From: Octopus bimaculoides
Lineage: Eukaryota
Length of the DNA stretch: 64,000 bases
Direction of reading: 5' to 3'
Assembly (NCBI RefSeq): GCF_001194135.2
Contig: NC_068985.1
Location: forward strand, 75,760,079-75,824,078
Below are positions 27,651 through 41,617 of this stretch, one piece after another (the stretch's first letter is position 1; each line of letters starts with the position of its first letter). The notes under the pieces are model-generated. The model had not been told where the DNA came from and ran no database searches. It saw nothing but the letters and a program-made list of their open reading frames with translations. A program made the translations under genes and the position numbers.

Positions 27651-29581
27651 AATTTTAAGGTGTCTCCATTACTTTGTCCAACCCCTGTAGATCAGAACAG
27701 AGCAAACNNNNNNNNNNNNNNNNNNNNNNNNNNNNNNNNNNNNNNNNNNNNNNNNNNNNNNNNNNNNNNNNNNNNNNNNNNNNNNNNNNNNNNNNNNNNN
27801 NNNNNNNNNNNNNNNNNNNNNNNNNNNNNNNNNNNNNNNNNNNNNNNNNNNNNNNNNNNNNNNNNNNNNNNNNNNNNNNNNNNNNNNNNNNNNNNNNNNN
27901 NNNNNNNNNNNNNNNNNNNNNNNNNNNNNNNNNNNNNNNNNNNNNNNNNNNNNNNNNNNNNNNNNNNNNNNNNNNNNNNNNNNNNNNNNNNNNNNNNNNN
28001 NNNNNNNNNNNNNNNNNNNNNNNNNNNNNNNNNNNNNNNNNNNNNNNNNNNNNNNNNNNNNNNNNNNNNNNNNNNNNNNNNNNNNNNNNNNNNNNNNNNN
28101 NNNNNNNNNNNNNNNNNNNNNNNNNNNNNNNNNNNNNNNNNNNNNNNNNNNNNNNNNNNNNNNNNNNNNNNNNNNNNNNNNNNNNNNNNNNNNNNNNNNN
28201 NNNNNNNNNNNNNNNNNNNNNNNNNNNNNNNNNNNNNNNNNNNNNNNNNGTGTGTGTGTGCATGGACATCTCATGATGGTTGCAAATGAGTATCACCATC
28301 ATACAAGTGATGTTTTTTTTGTTTTCAATATTTCTTCAAGAAAAAAAAGTACATGTCAGGCTAATGGAAATATTACCTTGCTCGGCAACAGGTGAGATTT
28401 GGTGACAGGAAGGACATCCAACCATAGAAAATGTGCCTCAACAAATTCCGTCTGAATTATGCAAGCTTACTAAAGTAAATATTAAAGGATGATAGTATAT
28501 ATATCTAATATATAAATGGCATCTTAGTGCTTAAACCACTGAACTAATATTCATGAAACTTTGCACACGTTATACTAATGTCCAGTTAAATAATAAGCTA
28601 ACTGGATTTCAATAAAAATCAGTGTGCACCCTCACCCACGAAGTGTTGGGTGAATTATATGATAAAATGAGAAGGTTGCAAAAAGTATAAGTCTGGGGGA
28701 AAGGTAGTGACAGAGAATGTGACTTATATCATTGAAGGGTAGAACAGCAGTGAGAATGGGATGTTAACGTTAATACAGCTGTTTTATACATGCGATGCTG
28801 CATATACATGTTCATAAATACATAGATACAACACAAACACACACAAAGAAAGGTGGGTGTGAGGAAAACGTAGCTTTAAGGAGAGAGGGGGTAGGTGACT
28901 TTTCTGCCGTCCATCACAAGAATCACTCCTACATACATCTACTATACATCGTTTTAAACTCATGATTACCTGGATGTACATTTGTAAATGTGTGTGTGTG
29001 TGTGAGTCATATCCTATAACTGTCTGTCTCTCTACTTTTGTAGGCTCTTCCCTGTTGCTGTCACATATTGTGAGATTTTAAAATTATGTCAAAATTTTCA
29101 AATTTGGTATATTGAAATAATTTTCCACATTAAATCCAATTTTGTTATTTCCTTGTTCCAATAAAATTGCAGAAAAATGTTACTGAGGCTTAAAATTTAA
29201 TAAATTTCACCTAATCAGAAAACAGGATTTGGAAGCTGGCATTTTCTGGATGATAGCTGCATGATAGCTGTCTATCATGAAATGAAAGCAAAATCATTAG
29301 GAGGATGATTTTTTATTAGACAAATGAAAGCAAAGTATTATGATGACCAAAGTTATAAGAACTTCTGAAGTATTAATTGGATAAAGTCATGTGAAATGGT
29401 CAAACAGACATGTAAATAATTTAAAAAGGAAAAAGTCCTCAACAAACTTTTTTGGCAAAATATTGCACAAATCTGTCCTGATCAAGAGGCTTATGTGTCA
29501 GGGAAAGCCTACACTGACATGGAATCTATATAAGACATTCTATTGTAAAAATTGCCAATCAATGATGGGCAATTCAGCTAG

Positions 29582-29632
<51 letters not shown>

Positions 29633-29724
29633 ATGCAAGCAGGAAAAATAGAACTCAAAATATGAGTATATGTATATTTTTATCAATATAAACTCTGTTA
29701 CTTCTGCTAAATATATATATATAT

Positions 29725-29897
29725 CGCTGACCACTACACATATTTTTTTCTCTCCTTGTTTCTTTCTGTGTGCCTTTCTGTTGAAGAGCGTAGGCTCAAA
29801 ACATTAAATATTTTCTCTATTCCTGAGCGATATACTCATACATCCATTTGTTGTTTACACCACCTGTCTGTTGTTTTTTCCGTGAATTCTCCTATAT
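29725..29897 (+). mobile_element. Short hammerhead-bearing repeat, copy 2
   Basis: CTTT-CTGTTGA-A-GAGC GTAG GCTC-AAAA-CA-T-T-AAAT at 29774-29809; flanked by (TA)n; homologous to 32717-32915. Confidence 0.68.
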
Positions 29898-30352
29898 ATA
29901 TATCATCATCATCATCATCATCGTTTAACGTCCGCTTTCCATGCTAGCATGGGTTGGACGATTTGACTGAGGACTGGTGCAATCTAATTTGGCAGAGTTT
30001 CTACAGCTGGATGCCCTTCCTAACGCCAACCACTCAGAGAGTGTAGTGGGTGCTTTTACGTGTCACCTGCACGAAAACGGCCACACTCGAAATGGTGTCT
30101 TTTATGTGCCACCCGCACAAGAGCCAGTCCAGGGGCACTGGCAACGATCTCGCTCGAAAACCCTACAAGGCCAGTCAGGCGGTACTGGCAACGGTCACGC
30201 TCAGGATGGTACATACACACACANNNNNNNNNNNNNNNNNNNNNNNNNNNNNNNNNNNNNNNNNNNNNNNNNNNNNNNNNNNNNNNNNNNNNNNNNNNNN
30301 NNNNNNNNNNNNNNNNNNNNNNNNNNNNNNNNNNNNNNNNNNNNNNNNNNNN

Positions 30353-30399
<47 letters not shown>

Positions 30400-30446
30400 T
30401 ATATATATACATGAGACAGAGAGAAAAGGAGAGAGCATGCTGTTAA

Positions 30447-30665
30447 CTCTTTAGCATTCAGATTACTCTGTCAAATGTATTGCTTATATATTCACATTGT
30501 TTTGAATTAATCATGCATTATCTTGCAGCTTCAAGATTTTGATGAAAAGATTGTTTATTTTTAGAATGACATTGTAAGGTATGTGTGAGAGGCCAGATCT
30601 GTCTAGTTTGATCATAAAAGGAATAGAATATTTGACCAGGTATGCCTGGATTAAATGCTAAAGGG
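30447..30665. mobile_element. piggyBac-type MITE
   Basis: TTAA|CTCTTTAGCATT ... AATGCTAAAGGG|TTAA: 12-bp TIR and TTAA duplication. Confidence 0.75.
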
Positions 30666-31044
30666 TTAAATGTGTACATGTTAGACAACATTTTACAAAA
30701 CGATAGTGATTTTTGCAAATAAAAATATTCATGTTCAACATGTACATTTACAGCATTACATTATATTTAGTGATGGCTTGCAAAATATTATGGTATTATT
30801 TACATGACACACATAAACAAAGCTGAAATCCCCAAACATCTACAAGCATTTTAAGGTATGGCATTCTGTTGACAAAACATATAAAACTATATAAATAGAT
30901 AGTTAATTAATTTCAGAAGTCATTTTTGTAAAAGGATGTCTTATTTATAAAAATAGATTAAGTATTGTACCAGATATCAAGGAGGTTCAAAAATGTATGC
31001 ATTCAACAATATTACTTTCACACGTGAGTGTTATATATATATAT

Positions 31045-31082
<38 letters not shown>

Positions 31083-31917
31083 NNNNNNNNNNNNNNNNNN
31101 NNNNNNNNNNNNNNNNNNNNNNNNNNNNNNNNNNNNNNNNNNNNNNNNNNNNNNNNNNNNNNNNNNNNNNNNNNNNNNNNNNNNNNNNNNNNNNNNNNNN
31201 NNNNNNNNNNNNNNNNNNNNNNNNNNNNNNNNNNNNNNNNNNNNNNNNNNNNNNNNNNNNNNNNNNNNNNNNNNNNNNNNNNNNNNNNNNNNNNNNNNNN
31301 NNNNNNNNNNNNNNNNNNNNNNNNNNNNNNNNNNNNNNNNNNNNNNNNNNNNNNNNNNNNNNNNNNNNNNNNNNNNNNNNNNNNNNNNNNNNNNNNNNNN
31401 NNNNNNNNNNNNNNNNNNNNNNNNNNNNNNNNNNNNNNNNNNNNNNNNNNNNNNNNNNNNNNNNNNNNNNNNNNNNNNNNNNNNNNNNNNNNNNNNNNNN
31501 NNNNNNNNNNNNNNNNNNNNNNNNNNNNNNNNNNNNNNNNNNNNNNNNNNNNNNNNNNNNNNNNNNNNNNNNNNNNNNNNNNNNNNNNNNNNNNNNNNNN
31601 NNNNNNNNNNNNNNNNNNNNNNNNNNNNNNNNNNNNNNNNNNNNNNNNNNNNNNNNNNNNNNNNNNNNNNNNNNNNNNNNNNNNNNNNNNNNNNNNNNNN
31701 NNNNNNNNNNNNNNNNNNNNNNNNNNNNNNNNNNNNNNNNNNNNNNNNNNNNNNNNNNNNNNNNNNNNNNNNNNNNNNNNNNNNNNNNNNNNNNNNNNNN
31801 NNNNNNNNNNNNNNNNNNNNNNNNNNNNNNNNNNNNNNNNNNNNNNNNNNNNNNNNNNNNNNNNNNNNNNNNNNNNNNNNNNNNNNNNNNNNNNNNNNNN
31901 NNNNNNNNNNNNNNNNN

Positions 31918-32033
<116 letters not shown>

Positions 32034-32094
32034 GATATGTAAATCAAAGGTGCAAGAACAACATACTCCGAAGTAACAATACATGTGCTGTTGG

Positions 32095-32253
32095 TGATAT
32101 TTTTCTTTCTCTAGACTTTTCCATTTTCCTTTCTGATAAAGAGCTATTCTCAAAACACCAAACACTCTCTTTTTACCAAGCATCAAACTAATACATTCCA
32201 TGTGCACCTCCTCTGGTTGTTTGTCAATGTTCGATTACTCAATTTGACTCTCT

Positions 32254-32255
<2 letters not shown>
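32095..32255 (+). mobile_element. Short hammerhead-bearing repeat, copy 3 (decayed)
   Basis: TTT-CTGATAA-A-GAGC TAT TCTC-AAAA-CA-C-C-AAA at 32130-32162; ends at (TG)n. Confidence 0.62.
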
Positions 32256-32294
<39 letters not shown>

Positions 32295-32673
32295 GAATGA
32301 GAGCTCAACACTGTATTGGTGGATAAAGTGATTATTTGTGTATTAAGGCTCTCATTTGGGATAAATATATAAAAAAATTATATAATCAAAGATGGGCTGG
32401 TTATAACTGGAAAGCTTTTCTCTCACAAATGCTTTGTCAGGGTTTAATCAGAAGCTGAACAATAAATCCACACACACATACACACTGAACTATGGCTGTG
32501 TGAAGGTACAGATGTGGTTGTCATGTAAGAAATTTGCTTTCTAACCACATGGATCCAAGTTCAGTTCCACTTCACAGCACCTTGAGCAAGTGTTTTCTAC
32601 TACAGCCCTGGGGCAACTAAGGCCTGTGAATGGATTTGGTAGATGGAAATTGAAAGAAACCCATTACATATGT

Positions 32674-32716
<43 letters not shown>

Positions 32717-32719
<3 letters not shown>

Positions 32720-32915
32720 CACTATGATCGACTGCTGGCCACTAAAGCTTTTTTCATTCTCTCTCTGTCTATTTTCTCATGTTCCTTTCTGTTGAAGAGC
32801 CTAGGCTCGAAATGTAAAAGACTTTCTCACTTTCCCGAGAGTTAAACAAATACACCTTTTTGTTGTTTACACATCTGTCTTCGTCTTTTGTTTTTTTGTA
32901 AATTCCAACTATACA
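32717..32915 (+). mobile_element. Short hammerhead-bearing repeat, copy 4 (best preserved)
   Basis: CTTT-CTGTTGA-A-GAGC CTAG GCTC-GAAA-TG-T-A-AAAG at 32785-32820, with perfect stems I and II; lies between (TG)n and (TA)n. Confidence 0.72.
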
Positions 32916-34826
32916 TATATATATATGTTTTTCTTTTATTTGTTTCTGTCATTTGACTGTGGCCATGCTGGACCACAACCTTTAGTCAAACAGATCAACC
33001 CCAGGACTTATTCTATGTAAGCCTAATACTTATTCTATCGGTCTCTTGTGATGAACCACTAAGTTATATATATATATTGAGTGGTTGGCGTTAGGAAGGA
33101 CATCCAGCTGTAGAAACTCTGCCAAATTTAGATTGGAGCCTGGTGTTGCCACCCGGTTTCACCAGTCCTCAGTCAAATCGTCAAACCCATGCTAGCATGG
33201 AAAGCGGACGTTAAACGATGATGATGATGATGATATATAATACACATTAAGTACAGGATATCATCGAGTGAAAAATACGTAAACACACAATAGATAAGTA
33301 TAGGACAAAATACGCAAAAAAGATAACTCGCTTGTAAGTTGTCGACTGTTTTACTACTCCTTATTTCATGCTTTTAACAACAATATAGGAAAACTTCACA
33401 AGACAGCAGCATCCAGAAATTTAAAAAATATAAAATTTGTGGAGAGTTAGGGCCTCGAGCAAACAACAACAGAATGGACATACAAAGTAAACAATCGACA
33501 AAGACAATCATTAAGGGCCATTAGGCCAAGACGAATTGTAATGGGCAACATCTGGGAGAAATTTTTTATGGAAATAGAATAAATAGAAAAAAAGAAAATA
33601 GTAGGAATAAAAAATGTCGGGAGGCAAGAGAAATGACATCCAGGCTGGTAGACGTCATCATAAATATATATATATATATATATATATNNNNNNNNNNNNN
33701 NNNNNNNNNNNNNNNNNNNNNNNNNNNNNNNNNNNNNNNNNNNNNNNNNNNNNNNNNNNNNNNNNNNNNNNNNNNNNNNNNNNNNNNAAAGTGGATGTTA
33801 AACGATGATGATGATGATGATGATATATATATATACACACACATGCATATATGGGTACACCCATGGCCTTTTAGGCATTTGCTACCTATGATATCAACTT
33901 AGATACACACACACACACACATATATATATATACACATAAGTGTTTATATATATATATATGATCAATATGAGTTAAGCAGCTACAATATTTGTGTACCAT
34001 CATCATGTATGTCCATTTTCCACACTGTTATGGATTCGATGGCTTGACAGGAGACTGTGAGACCAGGGGCCACACCAGCTTCCTGTCTGTTTTGGCTTTG
34101 TTTCTACAGCTGGATGCCCTTCCTAATACCAACTACAGTACAAAGTGTACTAAGTGCTTTTTATGTGGCACCAGCACCAGTGCTCTTTATATGACACCAA
34201 TATCAGTGCTTTTTACATGGCTCCATGGCTTCTTAATTAAAAGATTAAAATATATAAAATATATTTGCTTCTACATTTTATATTGAGTTCTGTATCAGAT
34301 AATATTTAATACATATGTATGTTAAACACCAACAACACTATACAATTTATATATACATGCAATGATATATGTACACACACACATGTACATACACTAATCT
34401 GAAATGCATCTATTTTGTTTCGTTTTTTTCAGAAGGTATGTCATTTTGGAAAATTTCTGTTTGGATTACAAACTTACATTGGTTTCTATTGACAACCTGA
34501 TGGATGTTTAAATATGCATACAGGGTATGTGGCCTACCTTTTAATCTTTATTGCAGTTAGTTATGCTTTGTGTTTCTATTTTTGTTTTTTGTGTTTTTCC
34601 TATACATGTCTGTGTGAATAAGATTAGGTCAGTCATACAACTTTTCTCTAGTGATAAGATATAATGCAATACATACACTGTGTGTGTGTGTTTTATATGT
34701 AATTATGCATAAAGACATTCAAACATTCACTGAAAACACACTCAAAAGTATATATGTTGCGTGAAAAATTGTTTGTTTGTAACTTTGAAGTTTTAGTGTT
34801 GGTCTGATTTCTGAGACAGTTTTATA

Positions 34827-34881
<55 letters not shown>

Positions 34882-35032
34882 GAAACAGAAAGAAAGAGAG
34901 ATGATAATCAGTTGATACTAGAGTGACTTGTAATAAAGAGAGAAAAGTACTCAAAACTGTTGTGATTTAACTTTTATCAAAGGGTGAGTTTGCTTGTGTT
35001 ACTATTCAGAGTTTTTTACTTTTTAAATCTTC

Positions 35033-35530
35033 AGGCGCAGGAGTGGCTGTGTGGTNNNNNNNNNNNNNNNNNNNNNNNNNNNNNNNNNNNNNNNNNNNNN
35101 NNNNNNNNNNNNNNNNNNNNNNNNNNNNNNNNNNNNNNNNNNNNNNNNNNNNNNNNNNNNNNNNNNNNNNNNNNNNNNNTGGTTCCGGGTTCATTCCCAC
35201 TGCGTGGCACCTTGGGCAAGTGTCTTCTACTATTGCCTCAGGCTGACCAAAGCCTTGTGAGTGGATTTGGTGGACGGAAACTGAAAGAAGCCCGTCGTAT
35301 ATATGTATATATATATATATGTATGTGCATATATATGTTTGTCCCCTCAGCATCGCTTGACAACCGATGGTGGTGTGTATATGTCCCCGTAACTTAGCAG
35401 TTCGGCAAAAGAGACCAATAGAATAAGTACTAGGCTTCCAAAGAATAAGTCCTGGAGTCGATTTGCTCGACTAAAGGTGATGCTCCAGCATGGCTGCAGT
35501 CAAATGACTGAAACAAGTAAAGAGAGAGAG
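35033..35530 (+). mobile_element. tRNA-derived CORE-like SINE, near full length
   Basis: AGGCGCAGGAGTGGCTGTGTGG...GGTTCCGGGTTC...CCTTGGGCAAGTG...GACTGAAACAAGTAAAGAG; reverse complement of the 16.1-16.6 kb family. Confidence 0.85.
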
Positions 35531-36569
35531 TATGTATAATGAGGCAAAAAGATAAAAACGGGTTTTGTAAAGCACATTTAAAATTGTCTAAATGTTATGT
35601 TATTCACTGAAGTGTTCAACTAAAAAATTGAAAATTAAATAGGCCATGTGTATTTGTATGTGCGTCTTTAATCTTTTAAATTTTGCTTGTTTCAGTTGTT
35701 TGACTACTACTATGCTGGAATACCACCTTTAACGCTTAGTCAAACAAATTGATCCTAGTACTTCTTTTTTAAGCCTGATACTTATTCTATCAGTTGCTTT
35801 TGCTGATGTGCTCAAACCACTGTTACGGGGTCATAAACAAACCAACATTGGTTGTCAAGTGATGGTGTGGGTCAAGCAAACACTAAGGCACACATTGGTA
35901 TAAACAGACACAGATATACACATACAAAGGTTTATATATACATATTATATCTGCCTATATTTGTCCATACATATTTATTCTGTCTATCTATCCATTTATC
36001 TATCTGTCTATCTATCTGTTTATCTACCTGTCTGTCTATGACAGACTTCTTTGTTTCCACTTACAAGGTTTTGATTAGCCTGGGGCTCTTGCCTTAGGTG
36101 CCACATGTTAGGATTGAACTCAAGACCACATAGTTGGGAAGCAATTTTTTTAACAAAACAGCCAAGCCAAAACCATGCCTGTACATATACATATCATCAT
36201 CATCTAACATCTGTTTTCCATGCTGGCATCTCAACATCACTTTTATGTCTTTCTTTTCAATACTTGAATGGGTTGGACAACATAGCATCACACTACTTTT
36301 TGCATGTCTTTGTGCCTCCTTTGTGAGGTTCAACAGAGTGAGATTTGCTTTCACCACTTTTGCCCTTAACTTCCACAGTTTTCCTTTCCAATAGGTTCCT
36401 TTCATATGGATCTCTAGGCACTTGTTCATCCAACTATCATCATCCATATACATGTTCACTAATACAGTAGTTTTTGTTGTACACTACATCTAATTCCTCT
36501 TATACCCAGTTTATTTGTTAGCTCCTTAGTACCATATAGTTCATGCACATTTGCATTACACAGTCAGTA

Positions 36570-38000
36570 CCTACATCTCACTACCATAGAGAGTCGCTGT
36601 TTACACAGGGACATCATACAGTGTACCCCTCACTTAAAGAGAGAATCTTTTTGTTGTCAACAGAGGTAATAGTTTCCAAAACGTCCCCTCTCCTACCTCT
36701 TGTCTTATTCTGGCTGCAATTCTTTCAAAACATTCTTCTATGCTTCTTATCATATTACCTAGGTAACAGAAGCCATCAACTACTTCTATGAAGTCTTCTA
36801 AGCATTAGATACAGTCTATTTTACTGGCGCTATGTCTGCTAACTACTTCTGTGCATCTGACACACACAAAGTTTTTCAATAACAGCCTCCCTATCATCCT
36901 AGTGCATCTCTTGTGCTCCCAAAGATCACTTCAAGTGCATGGTTAGGAACTCCTACCCATTTCTTTTCTATATATTGAGTATGGCCAATTCTCTAATGTC
37001 AACAAAGTCCTGTCTTCATATGTACTTATTAAAATTTTAGCCTTTGCTAATATTCTCTAAAGTTTCTTGATTCTGAGTTTTGTTTCCATGTCTGGAATTT
37101 CTTCTCTAAATCTTCCACAAGTTCCACTGTGAGTGTTAGGTCATCAGCATATGAGTTCCTATGGACAACAAGCCTTGATCTCCTTTTATAGTTTGCAAAA
37201 AATGTAAGAAGTAGTTGAGACCTGAACTTGATGAATACCTAGATGCATACTAAGCTCTCTCTCAATTCATTTCTAACTTTCACTTTTCTGACTCCATCTC
37301 TGTATCTGACTGGTACCACTTTCCAACCACCAGATTACAGCTCCTGATACCCTGTCAAAGGCTTCTAGATCAACAGTTGCTAAGTAGAGAAGAGGAGTCT
37401 TTGCTAAAATTCAAGTTCTCATGTAGTTGTCCCACTAGGAAGTTAACGTCAATAATACACAAACCAGGCATCAATCTGAACTTAATTTCAGTTAACAATT
37501 CTCTTCTTAATCATGTACTAAGACTCTTTTTTTTTTATTTCATAACATGGTCCATCAGTTTGATACCACTATAGTTGCTTCTTCTCAATACATCTTCCTT
37601 ATTCTTGTTTCAGTTGATGATACTATGACACCTGCCTGTATTACTTGATTGAGTATGTGAGTGACTAGCTTCAGCCATTCTTTGACAGATATTCCTCAGC
37701 ATCTTGGCCAATTATTGCTGATGGATCTGCTACTTTCCCCATCTTCTTATCTTTAATGACCATTTTGATACTGGTACCAATCTGTATTGGCATAAGGCTA
37801 TTTTCAGAAAATGTTGATGGTATGGAAAGAGTAAAGGCTTGCATGCATGAGCAACTGCCTGACTCCAAATTTTAAAAAAAAACCTTGTCCAAGCCTGCAC
37901 TTTTGAGAGATTTTTCAGGTGAAAATTCTCAAACCATCTATAACAGACAAGAAACATTGTTATGTATGAATGTTTGAGTGCATGCATATATACATGAGGA
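36570..38000 (-). mobile_element. Degraded RTE-clade LINE reverse-transcriptase fragment
   Basis: Minus-strand motifs in the correct order despite frameshifts: KMGKVADPS, SNYSGIKLMDH, YLATVDLE-AFDRV, EL-YADDLTL (YADD at 37140-37151), a Cys-rich insert, EVVDGFCYLG, LYGSE. Boundaries approximate. Confidence 0.88.
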
Positions 38001-39914
38001 ATGCCTAAACCTAGAATTGGTAGTATACCATAATACTGTCAGGTATCTGGTAATTCTAAAGGTGAATGAGCTCTATTTTGTACTCTAATATGTTCTTAAT
38101 AGAATACACCTCAACTGATATATCTTGGTGAGAGCAGGTGTTTCTTATGTCTAAAGAATTTAAGTTCTCTTCTAATTTACTGGTTCCTTCATGTGTTGGC
38201 ATTGATCACTAAGATCCTTATGTGAAAAAAGTGGCAACAGAGGAGGCCAGGAAGTGTTAATTGTGAGTGTACTTGTTATTGTTTTTTTTTTTCCACCAGT
38301 GATAGGCTGATGATAGTTGTTAGTTGTAATGGCTCTAAGTGTCAGATTCCTTTATTTTTGTCTCAATTCCAGCCATTTACCTGTCATCTTGATCTGATTT
38401 TTGTTACAGCAGTGAAGGCATGCATGTGATCTTTTCTGCTGGTTAATCCACTAAAAGAGATCTCTCTTTTGTTTCTGTCTAACCACATAACCTCATCATT
38501 GTAACTGATGTTTCATGGTGGTAAATTCTACACTTTGTCTAAAACTGCACTGTTAATCATGTAGCCTCCCATGTAATATATAAGATGGTGTAGAGCTTTT
38601 GTTGATGGAAGACAAATAAAATTGACCTAAGGATTTGAACTCAGAACTGTTAAGCACCTTTCCAAAGTTCTAATGATTCTGCCAGCCCAACCACCCTGTA
38701 TAAGATAATCCTTCTCCTCCTTTTTACTATAGGCACAAAGCCTAAAATTTTTGAGGGAAGGACAATTCGATTACATCAGCCCCAGTACTTTACTGGTATT
38801 TCTTTTATTGACCCCTGAAAGGATGAAATACAAAGTCAACCGTGGCAGAATTTAAATTCAGTACATAACGATGAACGAAATGCTGCTAAGCATTTTGTTT
38901 AGTGTGCTAATGGTTCTGTTTGCTTGCTGTCTTAATAATAATAATAATGGATGCAAGAGCATGCTTTTCAGAAATTCTCGTTTCACTAACGGCAGCTACA
39001 TCTAAATCAAGTGACCCGAGATCATTGAGCTAATAACCTTGCTTCCAAGCTGACCTCAGACCATTCACATTTACACACCCTAATCTCAGAGCAGTCATGC
39101 TAGAAAAAATATAGAGGTGGTCACTACCTTGATTTTCAAGAATCCTGGATATTCTGGACCTCTCTACTGATGAATGTTTTCTAAAAGCCTTTTGTCTATT
39201 GTTTTTTTAAAAATTCCAACACTAACTGAAAGTTTTTCATGAATTGTTTTGTAAATGTCTGAGGATGTTTTTATTAAAAAACTGTTGTTTGGGGTTTTGA
39301 AGATGAAATCCTGAAATTCCTTTTCCTCTTTTTTCAGTTTTGTTGTTATTTTGATTTTCAAAATCCATCAATTCACTGTTGTTTTTGTTCACAGTGAAAT
39401 TAATGGATACATTTTGCATACAGTTGGAAATACTTTGTTGATTTTTGCAGTTTCATTATTGGTTGTTTCTGTGTTTTCATGTTGATGATCTTGCTGTTGT
39501 TAGATTTTGTGTATGTTTTTGCTGTGTTCTTGGAGTAGGGCTATGTACCTTTCTCCTCTTTCACCTGTCCCCTTTTGTGACTGTGATCCATGTTTCAGTC
39601 TGCTCTTCTTTCTCTAGGTCATTGTTGTTGGTTTAGGGAGCAGGATATTCAGAAGTTTGCTTTTCCAAAGGAACTGGGAGTAAACTCCTTCATTGTCTTG
39701 GTTTAAGTATGGGTGTAGAAGTCCTTATCACTTCCACTTGGTTTTGTGATGTTGCAGTAATGGGTGGTTTGTCTTTGTTTGAGAACAGAAAGCCTTTAAG
39801 TGAATCACAAATCCACATGTGTGACATTTTGGCTTTCTACCCTTCACTATCACTGACAGGTGGGTGCCATCCAGGAGGTCTATCAAGTTAGGAACTTTGT
39901 CAATATTTGGTTAG

Positions 39915-40463
39915 TTTATATGGTCAATTCAATAGAATGCAGTGGCTCTCATGGCTTTTGATCTTAACTGATTGGAAGTGTTACCATGTCATGGTATAAA
40001 AGATGAACTACAGCAAATATTCTGTTCAATACCACACATTTGCTTGTCATTTGCTTGACTTTAACCAGTCGTGCATGTCCCTTAATGGCTGACAATGTGT
40101 GCACTTCTGGTCACAAATAGAAGTAGTTGGAGAGCATCATAGCCATGTATTGAGAGGAATTCTTTGGGGTTTGAATAATTCACCTTTGGAAACATGAGTG
40201 TTTCATCCAACATCCTTACACAACCCTTATTCAGGGACCTTTTTAGCAGGATGGGCTACTCGACCAGAAGAAAATTTTAACAAGGCTCCACCTGCAAGGT
40301 CATGCATTGTTTGTCTTGATGTGAGATCGGCATGTTGTGGACATATGGTTGTGATGCATGTGCCTGGTGTACCCTTATCGGACAAGTAGTCATGATGGGT
40401 TTATTGGGCTTTGTATATTTGTACTCCAGTGTCATTTTGATGGCATGCACTGCTCTCTCACTC

Positions 40464-40504
<41 letters not shown>

Positions 40505-40515
40505 TAATAATAATT
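39915..40515 (+). mobile_element. Retroposon 3' fragment ending in (AAT)n
   Basis: ~550-bp mixed-composition segment ending in a long (AAT)n tail (40465-40512); family not identifiable from the window alone. Confidence 0.4.
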
Positions 40516-41617
40516 TGTTATTGTTTGGACATGTGGCCAGCAATTTTGATGTAAGGGCAGTTAGTCGACACTATCAACTCCAGCCATAAATAATAATAAT
40601 AATAATGATTATTGGTTGGCAGTATTATTAGAACATCTGACAAAAAAATCTGATCCTTTATGTTTTGAATTCAAATTCTGTTGAGGTCGACTTTGCTTTT
40701 CAGCTCCCTGGAGTCAATAAAATAAAGTATCAGTCAAGTACTGGATGGTGGTGTTTCATGTAATTGACTAACCACTCCCCACAAATATCAGGTCTTGTAT
40801 CTGTGTCAGAAACAATTTGTTGAGTTGAGCACTGGTGGATTGTCAGAATAATTAGAGCATCGAACAAAATGCTTTGATTTCCTGCAGCTCTTAATATTAT
40901 AATTTCAAATCCTGATAAGGTCAACTTTGTTTTCCATCCTTCCAAAATGAATAAAATAAATGCTAGTCAAGTACTGAGATTACTCGACACTAGTCATGTA
41001 CTGAGACTACTTACCACTAAACTTCTGGCCTCATGTCTCTCTTCTTAGAATCATTTTCTTTTGCCTTCCATTCTGCATTCTTAGCGTCATCTTTTACCAC
41101 TTTATTTTCTACTGAACACTTCTTTTCCCTGAACACCTGCTCATATCTGCCATTGATAGCCACCTAACACCTTTGTTACTCCCTATATCCACCCCTACAT
41201 AGCTTTGATCACTATCACTGTGTATCCCTCTTTCTCTTTACCTCCCCATTTCACATCATCTCCCTATTTCTCATCTATGTACAGTTTCATTATACTTCTG
41301 TTCTCCACCTTCACCTTTTTTGTATTACTTACATATCACCTTCTCCTTGCTCTCCACCTATTTCTTTGACCTCCCAACCAATATTTACCATTGACTATAC
41401 ATCAACCCCTTTTTATCATTCACTGCATTCACCTCTATCTCCATCACTATCCACTTGTCGCTCTCTATTCACACTTTCGCAGACTTAATCATCCACCCTT
41501 CTGGTTTGTGGAGGTGTGTGGCTTAGTGGTTAGGGTGTTGGACTCCTGATTGTAAGATTGTGGTTTTGATTCTTGAACCTGGTAACACATGTTCTTGAGC
41601 AAAACAAATCATTTTAT

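Larger units (their letters stand above)
26141..27687 (+). mobile_element. Full-length Tc1-like DNA transposon (DD36E spacing), inactivated, with a nested SINE
   Basis: 30-bp TIRs: CAGGGGTTGGAGAAAATAATGGAAACACCT (26141-26170) matches the reverse complement of 27658-27687 at 27/30. TA on both flanks (26139-40, 27688-89). Transposase remnants lie between. Confidence 0.95.

Noticed and set aside
33240-33660. pLTR-like segment with half a hammerhead on the minus strand (AAAA-CA-GT-C-GACAAC)
   Set aside because: No CUGANGA-like core or stem II could be placed.
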